Below, one piece after another: positions 16,652-25,981 of a stretch of 37,487 nt of DNA. The position numbers and the translations under genes were made by a program. The notes beneath the pieces were generated by a model. It was not told the origin of the DNA, made no database searches, and saw only the letters and a list, made by a program, of their open reading frames with translations. The DNA is from a virus. Its lineage: Duplodnaviria > Caudoviricetes. Location of the stretch: positions 1 through 37,487 of the IMG/VR virus record IMGVR_UViG_3300038315_000952; one strand, given 5' to 3'. Position 1 is the first letter of the stretch; every line of letters begins with the position of its first letter.

Positions 16652-16878
16652 TTTTTTAGAAGCGTTTCGGCCACAATTTTCGCATTCGCCTGGGTCGCTT
16701 CCTTTTTACCTTTGGCCCATGATCGAGAGGTTATGTAACTGGGACCGGCAACCGCCGCGAGGACCCCCCCGATTATTTGGGTAAGAGGGTTATCCGGGGC
16801 TACCGATAGGAGCAAACCGCCAATCGTCCCTATCACTGCCAGCAAAAACTCTGTTGTCTTCCATCCGGGTTTATCCAT
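16636..16878 (-). CDS. Putative holin (2 TM)
   Basis: MDKPGWKTTEF followed by two hydrophobic helices and a basic C-terminus; 80 aa; at the end of the late operon beside the endolysin. Confidence 0.75.
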   Translation of the reverse strand: MDKPGWKTTEFLLAVIGTIGGLLLSVAPDNPLTQIIGGVLAAVAGPSYITSRSWAKGKKEATQANAKIVAETLLKKSSSG

Positions 16879-17101
16879 CGTTGTCTTCCTTAGCCCACTT
16901 GATGCGAGCTTCCTCCCGAAATTCGAAGAACCCTCTCTGGAAGTCATGGACCTTAGACTTCAGCTCTTCTATTTGTTTTTCTAGCGCAGCTAATCGAAAC
17001 TCAACTGAGCCCCCGTTAGCCTTAGCCATGCCCTTTTCGATGAGCTTGACCAGAGCCATGACAATGCCAACAAGGGCAGCAGTGGCAGCGCTCTCCTCCA
17101 T
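16871..17101 (-). CDS. Small TM plus coiled-coil protein (lysis-cassette associated)
   Basis: N-terminal hydrophobic helix then heptad pattern; lies between tail fibre and holin. Confidence 0.65.
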   Translation of the reverse strand: MEESAATAALVGIVMALVKLIEKGMAKANGGSVEFRLAALEKQIEELKSKVHDFQRGFFEFREEARIKWAKEDNDG

Positions 17102-19422
17102 CACTTGTCCTCGATATAGCTATTCCCTGTCAGAGCTTCGATGTCTTTAATCATTCGCTCCATATTAATCCTGACGGTCTTCCCCGTGCTCTTATTCCTC
17201 GAGAAATATTCCCATTCTCCTGCTGCATTGTGAGGTGAGATCTTAGTCTGGTTGTCGTCACCATCAAGCACATACATCTCTGCTTGTCCGTGGATAGTCG
17301 TCGGAGCTGGGAAACTCGCGCCGCCGCCGTACCTGGCTTTGCCTACCGAGATTTGCATGTTGTCGATCCACCCCCGGAAAGGGTAACGCGACACACCGAT
17401 CGCACTTTTACCCAGCCCCCACAAAAGAGGCCCAGTGCCTGATGCAATCGTTTTGGTGGCGATCGTGTGCGCCGTTCCTTTTTGGGTGCCGTCAACGTAC
17501 AGCTTCAGCTCTGTGCCGCTTCGCTCTGCGACTATGTGGTACCAAACATCCTCAATAGCGATCCAATCGACCTCGTACACGGTCGCCGCCTGCCCTACTT
17601 CGACATAGCGAAAGGTCAATTTGTCGGTGTCTTCGACGTAGTACATTTCGAAAGAAACATCTTGCACTCTGTCTATGTCGGTCGATTTGTAAACAAAGTT
17701 GCGTCGGTTATCGATCGCCGTCAAAGCCGAGTTGATCCTAAAATGCCCCTCAATTGTGAAGTCGTTGCTACCTAAAACCCAATCAGCGTGATTGTCCACC
17801 TCGACATGAGCGAAAACCGTTCCGTCAAACTCCTCGTTTAGGCTAATTGAGGTGCCAGCTCCAAAAACCGTTTGAGCGCTGTCTTCCTCCGCCCCAATTT
17901 TCAACTCTACTGTATGGTTAGTCGTCCCGTCCAGAAAATCGTCCGTGTCGCCGTCGCTGCCGCTGGCCTTGACGTGTAGCTTAATCGTATCTTCGTACGC
18001 TAGCGCGAAAACTTTACCGTACTGGTGATCTACGTCCGGCGAACCTTCCGCCCTACTTTTCATCGCCATCGCACCTTGCAACGACAACCGGTCAACCGGT
18101 TCTACGATCCCAATACCGATGCGCCCGTTATCCTTAATCACAAGCTGGTCAGAGTTCTGCGTTTGAGCGTTCAGAGTAATGGCGTCTTCGGTGTTGTCAT
18201 AGCGAATCTCACCCTGAAATACCCCAGTGCTCGTTGGAAGCCCGCTATTGAAAGTTATGCAACAATCCTCATTTGCCCCCGTCGCGGCATTATCGGTGTC
18301 AGCAAACATTTCGATATTGACTTTAGCCTGGTCGCTCGCAATCATCATCGAGCACGCGGTTGCTGCGGCATCTTCTCTTATGTGGAGCTTGCGGTTCGGA
18401 GACTTGTTACCAATGCCCAACCTGCCTCTATCACTGAGCATCAAGAGCGGGCTGCTGTCACTAGCGATGACCGACAAAGGAGCATGTTTGACTAAGATCG
18501 TTTGCCCCGGATTACCGTCACCGAGGCCAGCACCAAGAGTTATTGTCGTGTCGTTAGTGATGCCTTTTATTGTTGCGTATTTTACTGCATCTGAAGATAA
18601 TGCGACCCGGTCACCAATGCCGAGATCTAGGAGCGCTTGTGCATTGGCACTTAGATTAAGCGTTGTGGCAGCAGGGCCGGAGTCAGTCGTAACATTCGCA
18701 TCATCGCTACCTTTGAGGGCGGTGATGTCTGCAAATTGCTTAACCGTGAACCCAGTCAGCTTTGTGGATGTGTTAACGCCAATCGCGCCCGTTTGTCCGA
18801 TAACAAAATGCTTAGGGCTGCCATCACCCGTTGCCAAGAAAAACTGCCCGTTGCTTCCGTCTGTTCCTATCTCAGCCGTTTGAGTAGCACCGTCAAAAAA
18901 CTGGATTAGTCCGTCTTGGTCGGACCCTGCATTCGGAGGCGTTGCTGGGTCAGAGTTAGAGATTAAACGTAGCTGCGCTTGGTTATCCTTAGAGTCAACA
19001 ACGATGCGGCATTGGCCTCCGTCACGCGCCACTTGAGCATGGATTTTACCCAAAGCACCCAGAGGTTTACCTGTCCCGTCTAGCACCCCAACAAGAAAGT
19101 TCTCGTCTGCGTTTCTAATCCACGTTCGGATTCCGTCCGTTTCGGTACCACTCGGCGTCTGAAAGCCCCAAGTATCAGGGATTGGAGAGTACTCTAGGAC
19201 TAGTTGTGTAGTAACGTCCTCGCCAGAAGCAGTCGCAACACTAAAGGGATCGCCAGTGACGGCCTTCCCTTTAAGAAACATACCGGCAGTCTCATTCTCC
19301 CATTTCCCGGTAGCCGTATCGTAGAGGAGTGTTTCATTATCAGCTGGAGTCGTTGCGTCGAATGGCTGGCCCCCCGCCTCTGCGACTGCCGCTCCTGCGG
19401 CCCCAATTCGTTTTATTCCCAT
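17101..19422 (-). CDS. Tail fibre / receptor-binding protein with LamG (ConA-like) domain
   Basis: GRLGIG/GRIGIG fibre repeats; DFTIE, WYHIVAERSG..LKLYVDG and FRGWIDNMQIS LamG motifs. Confidence 0.85.
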   Translation of the reverse strand: MGIKRIGAAGAAVAEAGGQPFDATTPADNETLLYDTATGKWENETAGMFLKGKAVTGDPFSVATASGEDVTTQLVLEYSPIPDTWGFQTPSGTETDGIRTWIRNADENFLVGVLDGTGKPLGALGKIHAQVARDGGQCRIVVDSKDNQAQLRLISNSDPATPPNAGSDQDGLIQFFDGATQTAEIGTDGSNGQFFLATGDGSPKHFVIGQTGAIGVNTSTKLTGFTVKQFADITALKGSDDANVTTDSGPAATTLNLSANAQALLDLGIGDRVALSSDAVKYATIKGITNDTTITLGAGLGDGNPGQTILVKHAPLSVIASDSSPLLMLSDRGRLGIGNKSPNRKLHIREDAAATACSMMIASDQAKVNIEMFADTDNAATGANEDCCITFNSGLPTSTGVFQGEIRYDNTEDAITLNAQTQNSDQLVIKDNGRIGIGIVEPVDRLSLQGAMAMKSRAEGSPDVDHQYGKVFALAYEDTIKLHVKASGSDGDTDDFLDGTTNHTVELKIGAEEDSAQTVFGAGTSISLNEEFDGTVFAHVEVDNHADWVLGSNDFTIEGHFRINSALTAIDNRRNFVYKSTDIDRVQDVSFEMYYVEDTDKLTFRYVEVGQAATVYEVDWIAIEDVWYHIVAERSGTELKLYVDGTQKGTAHTIATKTIASGTGPLLWGLGKSAIGVSRYPFRGWIDNMQISVGKARYGGGASFPAPTTIHGQAEMYVLDGDDNQTKISPHNAAGEWEYFSRNKSTGKTVRINMERMIKDIEALTGNSYIEDK

Positions 19423-19434
19423 TGTACTACTCTC

Positions 19435-19764
19435 CTACCTAATTGGTTTTGGGGTTAAAACTGACCGTAGAGTACCATCGTTGGTATTAGCCGGTGTGTA
19501 TCGAAAAATGGCCGAAGCTATTGGGAAATCGAAGGCGATTGTATCGGCCACATTACTAGCAATAGTCCCATCATCCTCCAGGTCCACTGGGATCTCAGTC
19601 CCATCTGCCATGAGAATAATCAGTGCGGCTGTGCCACCAACAGCGTCCTCGTCCTCAGGGACATCGTGAACTGTCCAAACAACTCCAGCGTTATTCTTGT
19701 TATTCCAAGCGTGGTCTATTACGGCCACTGAATTGTGGGTGGTGCTTTTTTCGAGCGTTCTCAT
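19435..19764 (-). CDS. Hypothetical virion protein
   Basis: In the late operon, with GGGA RBS; beta-rich. Confidence 0.65.
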   Translation of the reverse strand: MRTLEKSTTHNSVAVIDHAWNNKNNAGVVWTVHDVPEDEDAVGGTAALIILMADGTEIPVDLEDDGTIASNVADTIAFDFPIASAIFRYTPANTNDGTLRSVLTPKPIR

Positions 19765-19841
19765 TAGATTCCCTATCTATCACCGTTACCCGCCCCATCG
19801 GTGTCCGGCATCTGAAATCGGCTGTTGGGGTATGCCTTTAG

Positions 19842-22800
19842 TTAGCTTAACATTAGCTTATTAACGGCGCTATGTTCAATTCCGGGGTGCTGAATTAAAG
19901 GTGAAGCCGCGATTTTACTGCCTTTTTTCTCTTCTTGTTTGTAAGAGGCTTGAAGGATTCCGATATTCTCTAGTTTATATGAAGGGTCAAACGGGCGTTG
20001 GAACAGAATACTTGCCTGAGCTTTTGCACTTAAAGGGATATAGGTTCCCTTCTCCCCTAGCTCAATAAAGCGTTCCATTATCCCCATTATTATTTGCGCG
20101 TGTATTTGGGGGTAGACATTTTTAAGTGTTTCTACATGGGTAACGGTGCAAGTCCCTGCTTCTAAATTATCACAAACAGTGCTTATCGGGTCCTCTATTA
20201 CAGCAAGCCGCTGATCCTGAAGGCTCAATTCCGTATCGGTCGGTTGCCGCTCTTTCTTCCCTATAGCCTTTTCATCCATCGTGCGGTTATCTGTGTTGAA
20301 GCCTTTTTTTGCTTCAGCGAAACCACGGCTTAGGGTTCCCCGCATAGCCATAGCAACATTCGGGGCTGTGCCTTCAAGAGGCTCCAAGATTTTGTCCATC
20401 GTGTTGGTTAAGCTCTCAGGGCTGGCTAACTTATTAAATCGGGCTTTAGCTACCGCATAATCCTCTTGTTTAGTGGTTCCCCCCTTAGAGCTTTCTTCAC
20501 CAAGATGCTGGGCCAAAGGAGCGAGAAAGCCTTTTAGGACATTCCCCCGAACAGGGATTGTACCGCCGGGGCCACCTTTAACCATGTTCTCGATAACCTT
20601 ATCTAACTTCGGGCCTATCTTCCCTTTTGTCTTAGCAACAACGGCCTCCAACTGAGCCAGCTTTCTTGCGGAGGATGCCCCTTCAGCTAGTCCCCCCATA
20701 AGAAGACCCGCCGCCGCTCCGGGCAAACCAAACGCCATGTGTCCCAATGCGGTCCCGCCCAACATGCCTCGCCCAAAACGCCTAAGCAGATAAGCGGAAT
20801 AACGAGGGTGGAACCCTTGGCCACCACTGCCCTCGTTTATAAATCGCGTTTCGCGCATATCGTTTACGGCTTTATCAACAGCGTTCCGAGCAGAGGAGAA
20901 CCGTTTTTTTGCGCTTGCGGCTGCTTTCTTTGCTTCTGTACCGGCCTTGAACTGATATTGCTTTGCCGCAGTTCTTGAAAAATCTTCGGACGCATCAATA
21001 AACTCGTCGAAATGCTGCTTCCTCTCCATGCCCCAACTGGCTTCCATCCTAAAGTCATCGGCACCTTCAAGATTTTGCAGGTATTTGCCCACAGTCTCAG
21101 TGCTTACCCACTCATCAGACCATTCGTTTTTGCCTTTATGTTTTCGGTATTTAAATTCACTGCGGAAATTCCCAAGAGCATCAATAAAGCGAGAAAATTT
21201 AGGGTTTACTATCTTTTGGGTAAGAGCTGCTTGGCCCCAAACATCGGTATCTTCAAGCAATCCGTGGATACCGGCCCATACACTTTTCAATGGTACTTGC
21301 GCATTCCACGCCATTTGATTGCGTGCTTCAGTCCCGAAAGCCCATTGCCCGAGCCATTTCTTATAATCATCTAAGATGTTATAAATATCCCGCATATTTT
21401 TCACCATAACTTCGGGTTCCAACACTTCGGTAATCTTGTATTCGCCCGTCTGTACTTTCGGTTGTTTATACCCGGAATGGAATTTTACGAGAATGTCTTC
21501 GGTTATCGCATGCGGCCCCTGAAGGGTTTCCAGAAGCTCCCTGCCTCCTTCGCTTAAATTCTTAACCTGGCCTCCCCACGAATAATCCGTGGCGACTTGT
21601 CGCAAATTATTAAGGTCGTCTATAGTGTTCTGAAGCATCTCAAAAGTCTTATGCCAAGCAGTATTGGCCAAAGCCGCCTGGTCCTGAATAGACAGCTCTT
21701 TTGCTCCCGGTTCGTGAGCGTGCTTTAGTAGGAATGCTTTTTTGCCTTTTGACGGCGCGGTAAAAACTTGGCCGTGCATTGCACCGGCTTTATTCACGCC
21801 CCGCGAATTTTTCGCAACAGTCGCCATGTCGTCTAAAATACCGTTTAGGTTGGCAACAATGTCGTCTTGCTGCCCTCGCAGAGTTTCTTCTTTGAGGATA
21901 GCTTGCGCTCTACCCTTAGCCATATCATCCCATAAGCCCATTTGCCTCTGTAGCGTTTCGCTTTCAACGCCCAGCAATCCGCCCGTTACATCAAAGAACT
22001 TCTTCTGTGCTGCAATAGACATATCCGCATTAACGGTTTTCTTGTACAAAGAGGCGATACCTTTACCCACCTCTTTCGAAGCCGCTGCACCACCCATAGC
22101 CAAAGCGTTAATTCCCGTAGGAAGGGCAAAGCCAAAGGCAGCACTCAGCCCCACATTAGATAGCCATAAATCAGCAACATCTTCCGGGTCGCCAAGCATC
22201 GATTCAGTAAGAGCCGTTCCAGCTCCAAAAGGGATACCCTCTAAAGCGCCACCAATACCTTTAGGTAAGGAGCTACTGAGGATCTTTAGGGCCAACCCTT
22301 TATCGGCCCCTTTTGCCAATAGCGCACTTTCGGCCATCGCCTTTTCCGCTATTCTGCCACCTTTATAAACGTATCTGGCCGGGGTGTATTTGGTTGCTAC
22401 GTCTAGCCCCTTCTTTACCCCACCGGCACCACGGATTATCTTACCAGCTAAACCGGCTCTAGCAGCTACCTGGCCCCCAGTAACTGCTGCACTACCACCA
22501 CCCGAAAAGAAAGCGGGCAGTACCGCGCCCGTCAATTCAGCCCCGGTGCTTAGGCCGCTAAACTCCTCGCGCCAAGTCTGCATTCGGTCTTTGCCGATAA
22601 TCCCCCGTAAAGCAACATCTGACAGACCAAGCGTTGCACCCCTAGCTACCCCTGTTGCGGCAGCACCTAAGTAGTTTTCCCAGGAATCTCCCCCGTACTC
22701 TTCTTTGCGCCCTATCCGCGCCCAGTCTTCAGTGCTTCCGTAATCACCGCCTCGTCCAAATGCTTCGAGGGCATTCTGCCCAGGAACTAAATGCCTACTA

Positions 22801-22931
22801 CCGTCTGGCGCTATTACGGGAACTTTTTCCGAGTCAGAGAACGCATAGCGTTTTGATAAGACAAGCTCACGTACCTTATCTTCTGGAACCTCCTCATAGG
22901 AATTACGCTCAAAGTTATAAAGTCTAGGCAT
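19842..22931 (-). CDS. Large internal virion (DNA ejection) protein
   Basis: 1029 aa with Gly/Ala-rich helical segments (GATLGLSD); position typical of podovirus ejection proteins. Confidence 0.7.
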   Translation of the reverse strand: MPRLYNFERNSYEEVPEDKVRELVLSKRYAFSDSEKVPVIAPDGSRHLVPGQNALEAFGRGGDYGSTEDWARIGRKEEYGGDSWENYLGAAATGVARGATLGLSDVALRGIIGKDRMQTWREEFSGLSTGAELTGAVLPAFFSGGGSAAVTGGQVAARAGLAGKIIRGAGGVKKGLDVATKYTPARYVYKGGRIAEKAMAESALLAKGADKGLALKILSSSLPKGIGGALEGIPFGAGTALTESMLGDPEDVADLWLSNVGLSAAFGFALPTGINALAMGGAAASKEVGKGIASLYKKTVNADMSIAAQKKFFDVTGGLLGVESETLQRQMGLWDDMAKGRAQAILKEETLRGQQDDIVANLNGILDDMATVAKNSRGVNKAGAMHGQVFTAPSKGKKAFLLKHAHEPGAKELSIQDQAALANTAWHKTFEMLQNTIDDLNNLRQVATDYSWGGQVKNLSEGGRELLETLQGPHAITEDILVKFHSGYKQPKVQTGEYKITEVLEPEVMVKNMRDIYNILDDYKKWLGQWAFGTEARNQMAWNAQVPLKSVWAGIHGLLEDTDVWGQAALTQKIVNPKFSRFIDALGNFRSEFKYRKHKGKNEWSDEWVSTETVGKYLQNLEGADDFRMEASWGMERKQHFDEFIDASEDFSRTAAKQYQFKAGTEAKKAAASAKKRFSSARNAVDKAVNDMRETRFINEGSGGQGFHPRYSAYLLRRFGRGMLGGTALGHMAFGLPGAAAGLLMGGLAEGASSARKLAQLEAVVAKTKGKIGPKLDKVIENMVKGGPGGTIPVRGNVLKGFLAPLAQHLGEESSKGGTTKQEDYAVAKARFNKLASPESLTNTMDKILEPLEGTAPNVAMAMRGTLSRGFAEAKKGFNTDNRTMDEKAIGKKERQPTDTELSLQDQRLAVIEDPISTVCDNLEAGTCTVTHVETLKNVYPQIHAQIIMGIMERFIELGEKGTYIPLSAKAQASILFQRPFDPSYKLENIGILQASYKQEEKKGSKIAASPLIQHPGIEHSAVNKLMLS

Positions 22932-22947
22932 CCATCAAATCCTTGCG

Positions 22948-23637
22948 CTATACTTTCGCGCCAAACCGTCTTAGTTTCCGTTGAAAATCCCCGTAAATCT
23001 CCTGCAATGTTTTTGCCCGTTTGCCTGCATAAAACACGTCTTCATTGTATCGTGCCGACTTTGGTAGCAGATCCTTTGCTATTGCCTTCGGGTTCTTGGC
23101 TTTGGCCGCATAGAACTTTCTTGCGTTCCCCATCCCCAGAAAATGAGCCATATAGTCGTCCGTTGCGGTGAAGCTTTTTGGGACTCCTGACTTGTTTTTG
23201 AGATAAGCTCGATTACCCTTCATATACTCTATCGCCAGCAGGATATTGGCTGTTTTGTCGTAAGGGCTTGTATCTGGCGGGATACCTAATCGTTTTCCGT
23301 GCTTCTTCAATTGTTCGCTCCATGTCCCGTCCACAAACTGAAACAAACCTTTAGCCGACCCCTTTCCCGGCTTGGCCTTATTATCTAAACCAGACTCCAC
23401 CATCCCTATGGCGACAAGAGAAACCGGGTCTACCCCTTGTGATTTCGCTATATCACCTATGAGCTTCACCTTTTCTCTGTGTCGCATATTGCGAACCCCT
23501 TGGCCGCTAAAAGCGGTATAGGCGGCTTTAGGCGCGGCAGCTACTATCTCTGGCTGGCTACTCATCGCCATCTCTGGCTGGCTACTCAGTATTTGCGGTT
23601 CGGACGAAGGGCTTGGGACAGCCCCCGCCCCTAATAC
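22948..23637 (-). CDS. Lytic transglycosylase (SLT) domain, probably translated as a -1 frameshift fusion to the upstream protein
   Basis: VES catalytic Glu, SAKGLFQF..GTW and YMAHFLG motifs; the frame stays open upstream of ATG 23571 up to the slippery site. Confidence 0.85.
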   Translation of the reverse strand, partial: VLGAGAVPSPSSEPQILSSQPEMAMSSQPEIVAAAPKAAYTAFSGQGVRNMRHREKVKLIGDIAKSQGVDPVSLVAIGMVESGLDNKAKPGKGSAKGLFQFVDGTWSEQLKKHGKRLGIPPDTSPYDKTANILLAIEYMKGNRAYLKNKSGVPKSFTATDDYMAHFLGMGNARKFYAAKAKNPKAIAKDLLPKSARYNEDVFYAGKRAKTLQEIYGDFQRKLRRFGAKV

Positions 23638-25373
23638 TTTTTTCCGCCTGCCCCTCCAGGCGATTGGCTATCCAGGTAGTTCCCCAAGTTACGCGTATCT
23701 TGGTCTGTGAGGCCCGAGCTAACCGTTTCACCCCCCAAATCCCTATATGTATTGGTCATTACCGAACCACGGCCATCTTTTCCCGCGAAGAGATTATACA
23801 CCCATTGTTGAATGCGGCGGTCTTTCTCTTCACGGGTGGCGTTAGGGTCCATCATCCACATCAATTCAGGGTTTACTTCTCCCAGTCTCTTTTGAACGTG
23901 CGGCGGTTCCATCGGTAACCAAGAACCACCCCTAGCAACCATTAATCGCATTAGCCGCGTTAATTTTGCTCGCCTCAAATCCATTGACTCATGTGCTTTT
24001 GGTGTCCAGCGGTCAAACTTTTCGTGCTCAAATTCCGTCATCGTTAAGCCACTAAAAGCGTTAATAATAGACAAAACCAATTGCTCAGAAGTATCCTTAA
24101 ATCTTTTCGCATCCGTATCGAGCGGTAAAATTGAATTTATCCATGTCAGGAGTGGTATAAACTCGCCAACCTCCTCACTTGCTGCACCTAGCTGCGGGGC
24201 TAATGCCTGCACCGCGCCAGCACCAGCAATAGCGGCACGAGCTTCTTTGGACATTTTGGCTCGCTTACCATCTACGTTAGTTAGTTTTTGCTCCTCAAGA
24301 CGAGTCTTTTCTTCCAATTCCTTATACTTGAAGTCAATATTCATCTCGTCGGTTATTTGCTTCATCTCGCTCGTTAAAGTCTGATAAGCCAAGGTTCGAG
24401 CAGCCTGCATCCCTCTTTGTTCGTTGCCAAGCATATCTATTGATTGCGCCACAACATTCCGCTGAGTATCAACAAGCCCTTGGAGTTTTTGGTACTCTAA
24501 CTTTTGCGCCTGTAAATCTCTCTCAATCGCATCGTTCATTATCTGAAGCGCCGTATTTTTTAGCTTTCCGCCGGACAAACCTTCGGCGTATGCGCCCATA
24601 CCTACGCTAATAACAGCCATTAACTTTGAAAACGCATTCGGGTATGCCCGTTTGGGGTCAATCTCAAAATTTAAAGTCTTTTCCCTTAGAGCTGCTAAGG
24701 TCCTTCTACCTGTCCAAACTTCATCACGCGCAGCCCCTATCGCATCATCCGAGGCTAGGAGCGCATTTCGATAGTTCGTATTTGCAGTATTTCTTCTCGC
24801 GTCAAAGGGCTTGCGCCATGCCCTCTCCGCTTGCTTCCTTGCCGTGTCTTCCAATACAGCATTACCGTCTGGGTCACTCGGGTAACCTGGGTCGGTAGGG
24901 GGAGCACTCGAGGGAGCACTCGGGGGAGCAGGCGCGACGGGTGGCTGAGTGCTTACCGTAGCAGGGTCAACACCTTCCGGGGCGTCTGTTCCACGATACC
25001 CTACATCCGGGTCACTGCTTACAAGCTCAGGGTCAATATAATCAACATCTAAAGGAGGGGTAGACTGGCCCCCAGTCCTCCAAATACCCTCTTGGGCCTC
25101 TTTCACTATTTGCGCCCGTTCGGTGTCGCTTTTTGCCTTAGATAAACGCTGTTCAAGCATTTCTCGGTTACGCGCAGATTCTGGTTGCCGGAGTCGGTCC
25201 CAGAACAACTCAAGATTATCGCTAACAGCGTCCCCAAAATAGTCCAATTGCGCTATTAGGCCATGCGGTTTTGCTCTTATAGCCGCATCCCACCACGAAT
25301 TAGGGTCCTTTTCATCTGCCCGAACTCTCGGTGCAGATTGCCCTATCTGCCCTATCTTATACGGTGATACCAT
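23631..25373 (-). CDS. Internal virion (ejection) protein
   Basis: 580 aa, Pro-rich linker and coiled coil; located in the ejection-protein block. Confidence 0.7.
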   Translation of the reverse strand: MVSPYKIGQIGQSAPRVRADEKDPNSWWDAAIRAKPHGLIAQLDYFGDAVSDNLELFWDRLRQPESARNREMLEQRLSKAKSDTERAQIVKEAQEGIWRTGGQSTPPLDVDYIDPELVSSDPDVGYRGTDAPEGVDPATVSTQPPVAPAPPSAPSSAPPTDPGYPSDPDGNAVLEDTARKQAERAWRKPFDARRNTANTNYRNALLASDDAIGAARDEVWTGRRTLAALREKTLNFEIDPKRAYPNAFSKLMAVISVGMGAYAEGLSGGKLKNTALQIMNDAIERDLQAQKLEYQKLQGLVDTQRNVVAQSIDMLGNEQRGMQAARTLAYQTLTSEMKQITDEMNIDFKYKELEEKTRLEEQKLTNVDGKRAKMSKEARAAIAGAGAVQALAPQLGAASEEVGEFIPLLTWINSILPLDTDAKRFKDTSEQLVLSIINAFSGLTMTEFEHEKFDRWTPKAHESMDLRRAKLTRLMRLMVARGGSWLPMEPPHVQKRLGEVNPELMWMMDPNATREEKDRRIQQWVYNLFAGKDGRGSVMTNTYRDLGGETVSSGLTDQDTRNLGNYLDSQSPGGAGGKKY

Positions 25374-25376
25374 ATC

Positions 25377-25964
25377 CTATTTCCCTCCGCTTCCTGTTAC
25401 CATACTGCCGACAGTACCCAGAATGTCCCCGGCAACCTTAAAGCCCAAGGAACGACGTTGTTGGGTTCCTTCTCGTTCGCCGCGTGTTAGTTCGTTTCTA
25501 GCCCCATCGAGCTGCCTTTTGAACTCTTCATCACTCATTGCGAGTAACCCCGCCGCCGCCGCTTCTTGGCGCGTATAACCAGCGATTTCCGCCTCTTTTA
25601 TTAACGCCACATAAGGAGCTGCTTCTACTTGCGATCTTGCACCGGCTTCCATTCCGGCGCGGAGTTCCGAACCCCCTCCACCAAGGCCCCGGCCCATGCC
25701 TACCTGCCCAGCGGCTTGCGCTTGCTGGATAGACCTAGCTTGGCGCGTTGCTTCGCCTCCCCGCTGCTGCATACCGCGCAGCCGCGTAAGGTCTTCCTCT
25801 ATTTGCTGCCGCCCAACGTTCTGCCCTAAAAGTTGCCCAGCAGAGGGTGGTTTTAGGTGGCCATAATCGACCGTTGTTGCTTCCTCCCAGAAATCTCGTG
25901 GGTCTTGAAAAGGCGTATCAGCCAATCGGCTAGTAGCCTTTTTTATCTGGTCCCAATAGCCCAT
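25377..25964 (-). CDS. Probable pilot/ejection protein
   Basis: Gln/Gly/Ala-rich helical protein; AAAAGGAG RBS. Confidence 0.65.
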   Translation of the reverse strand: MGYWDQIKKATSRLADTPFQDPRDFWEEATTVDYGHLKPPSAGQLLGQNVGRQQIEEDLTRLRGMQQRGGEATRQARSIQQAQAAGQVGMGRGLGGGGSELRAGMEAGARSQVEAAPYVALIKEAEIAGYTRQEAAAAGLLAMSDEEFKRQLDGARNELTRGEREGTQQRRSLGFKVAGDILGTVGSMVTGSGGK

Positions 25965-25981
25965 AATCTCACTCCTTTTTT

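Noticed and set aside
17101-19422. Diversity-generating retroelement target in the tail fibre
   Set aside because: No reverse transcriptase gene, and I saw no template/variable repeat pair.
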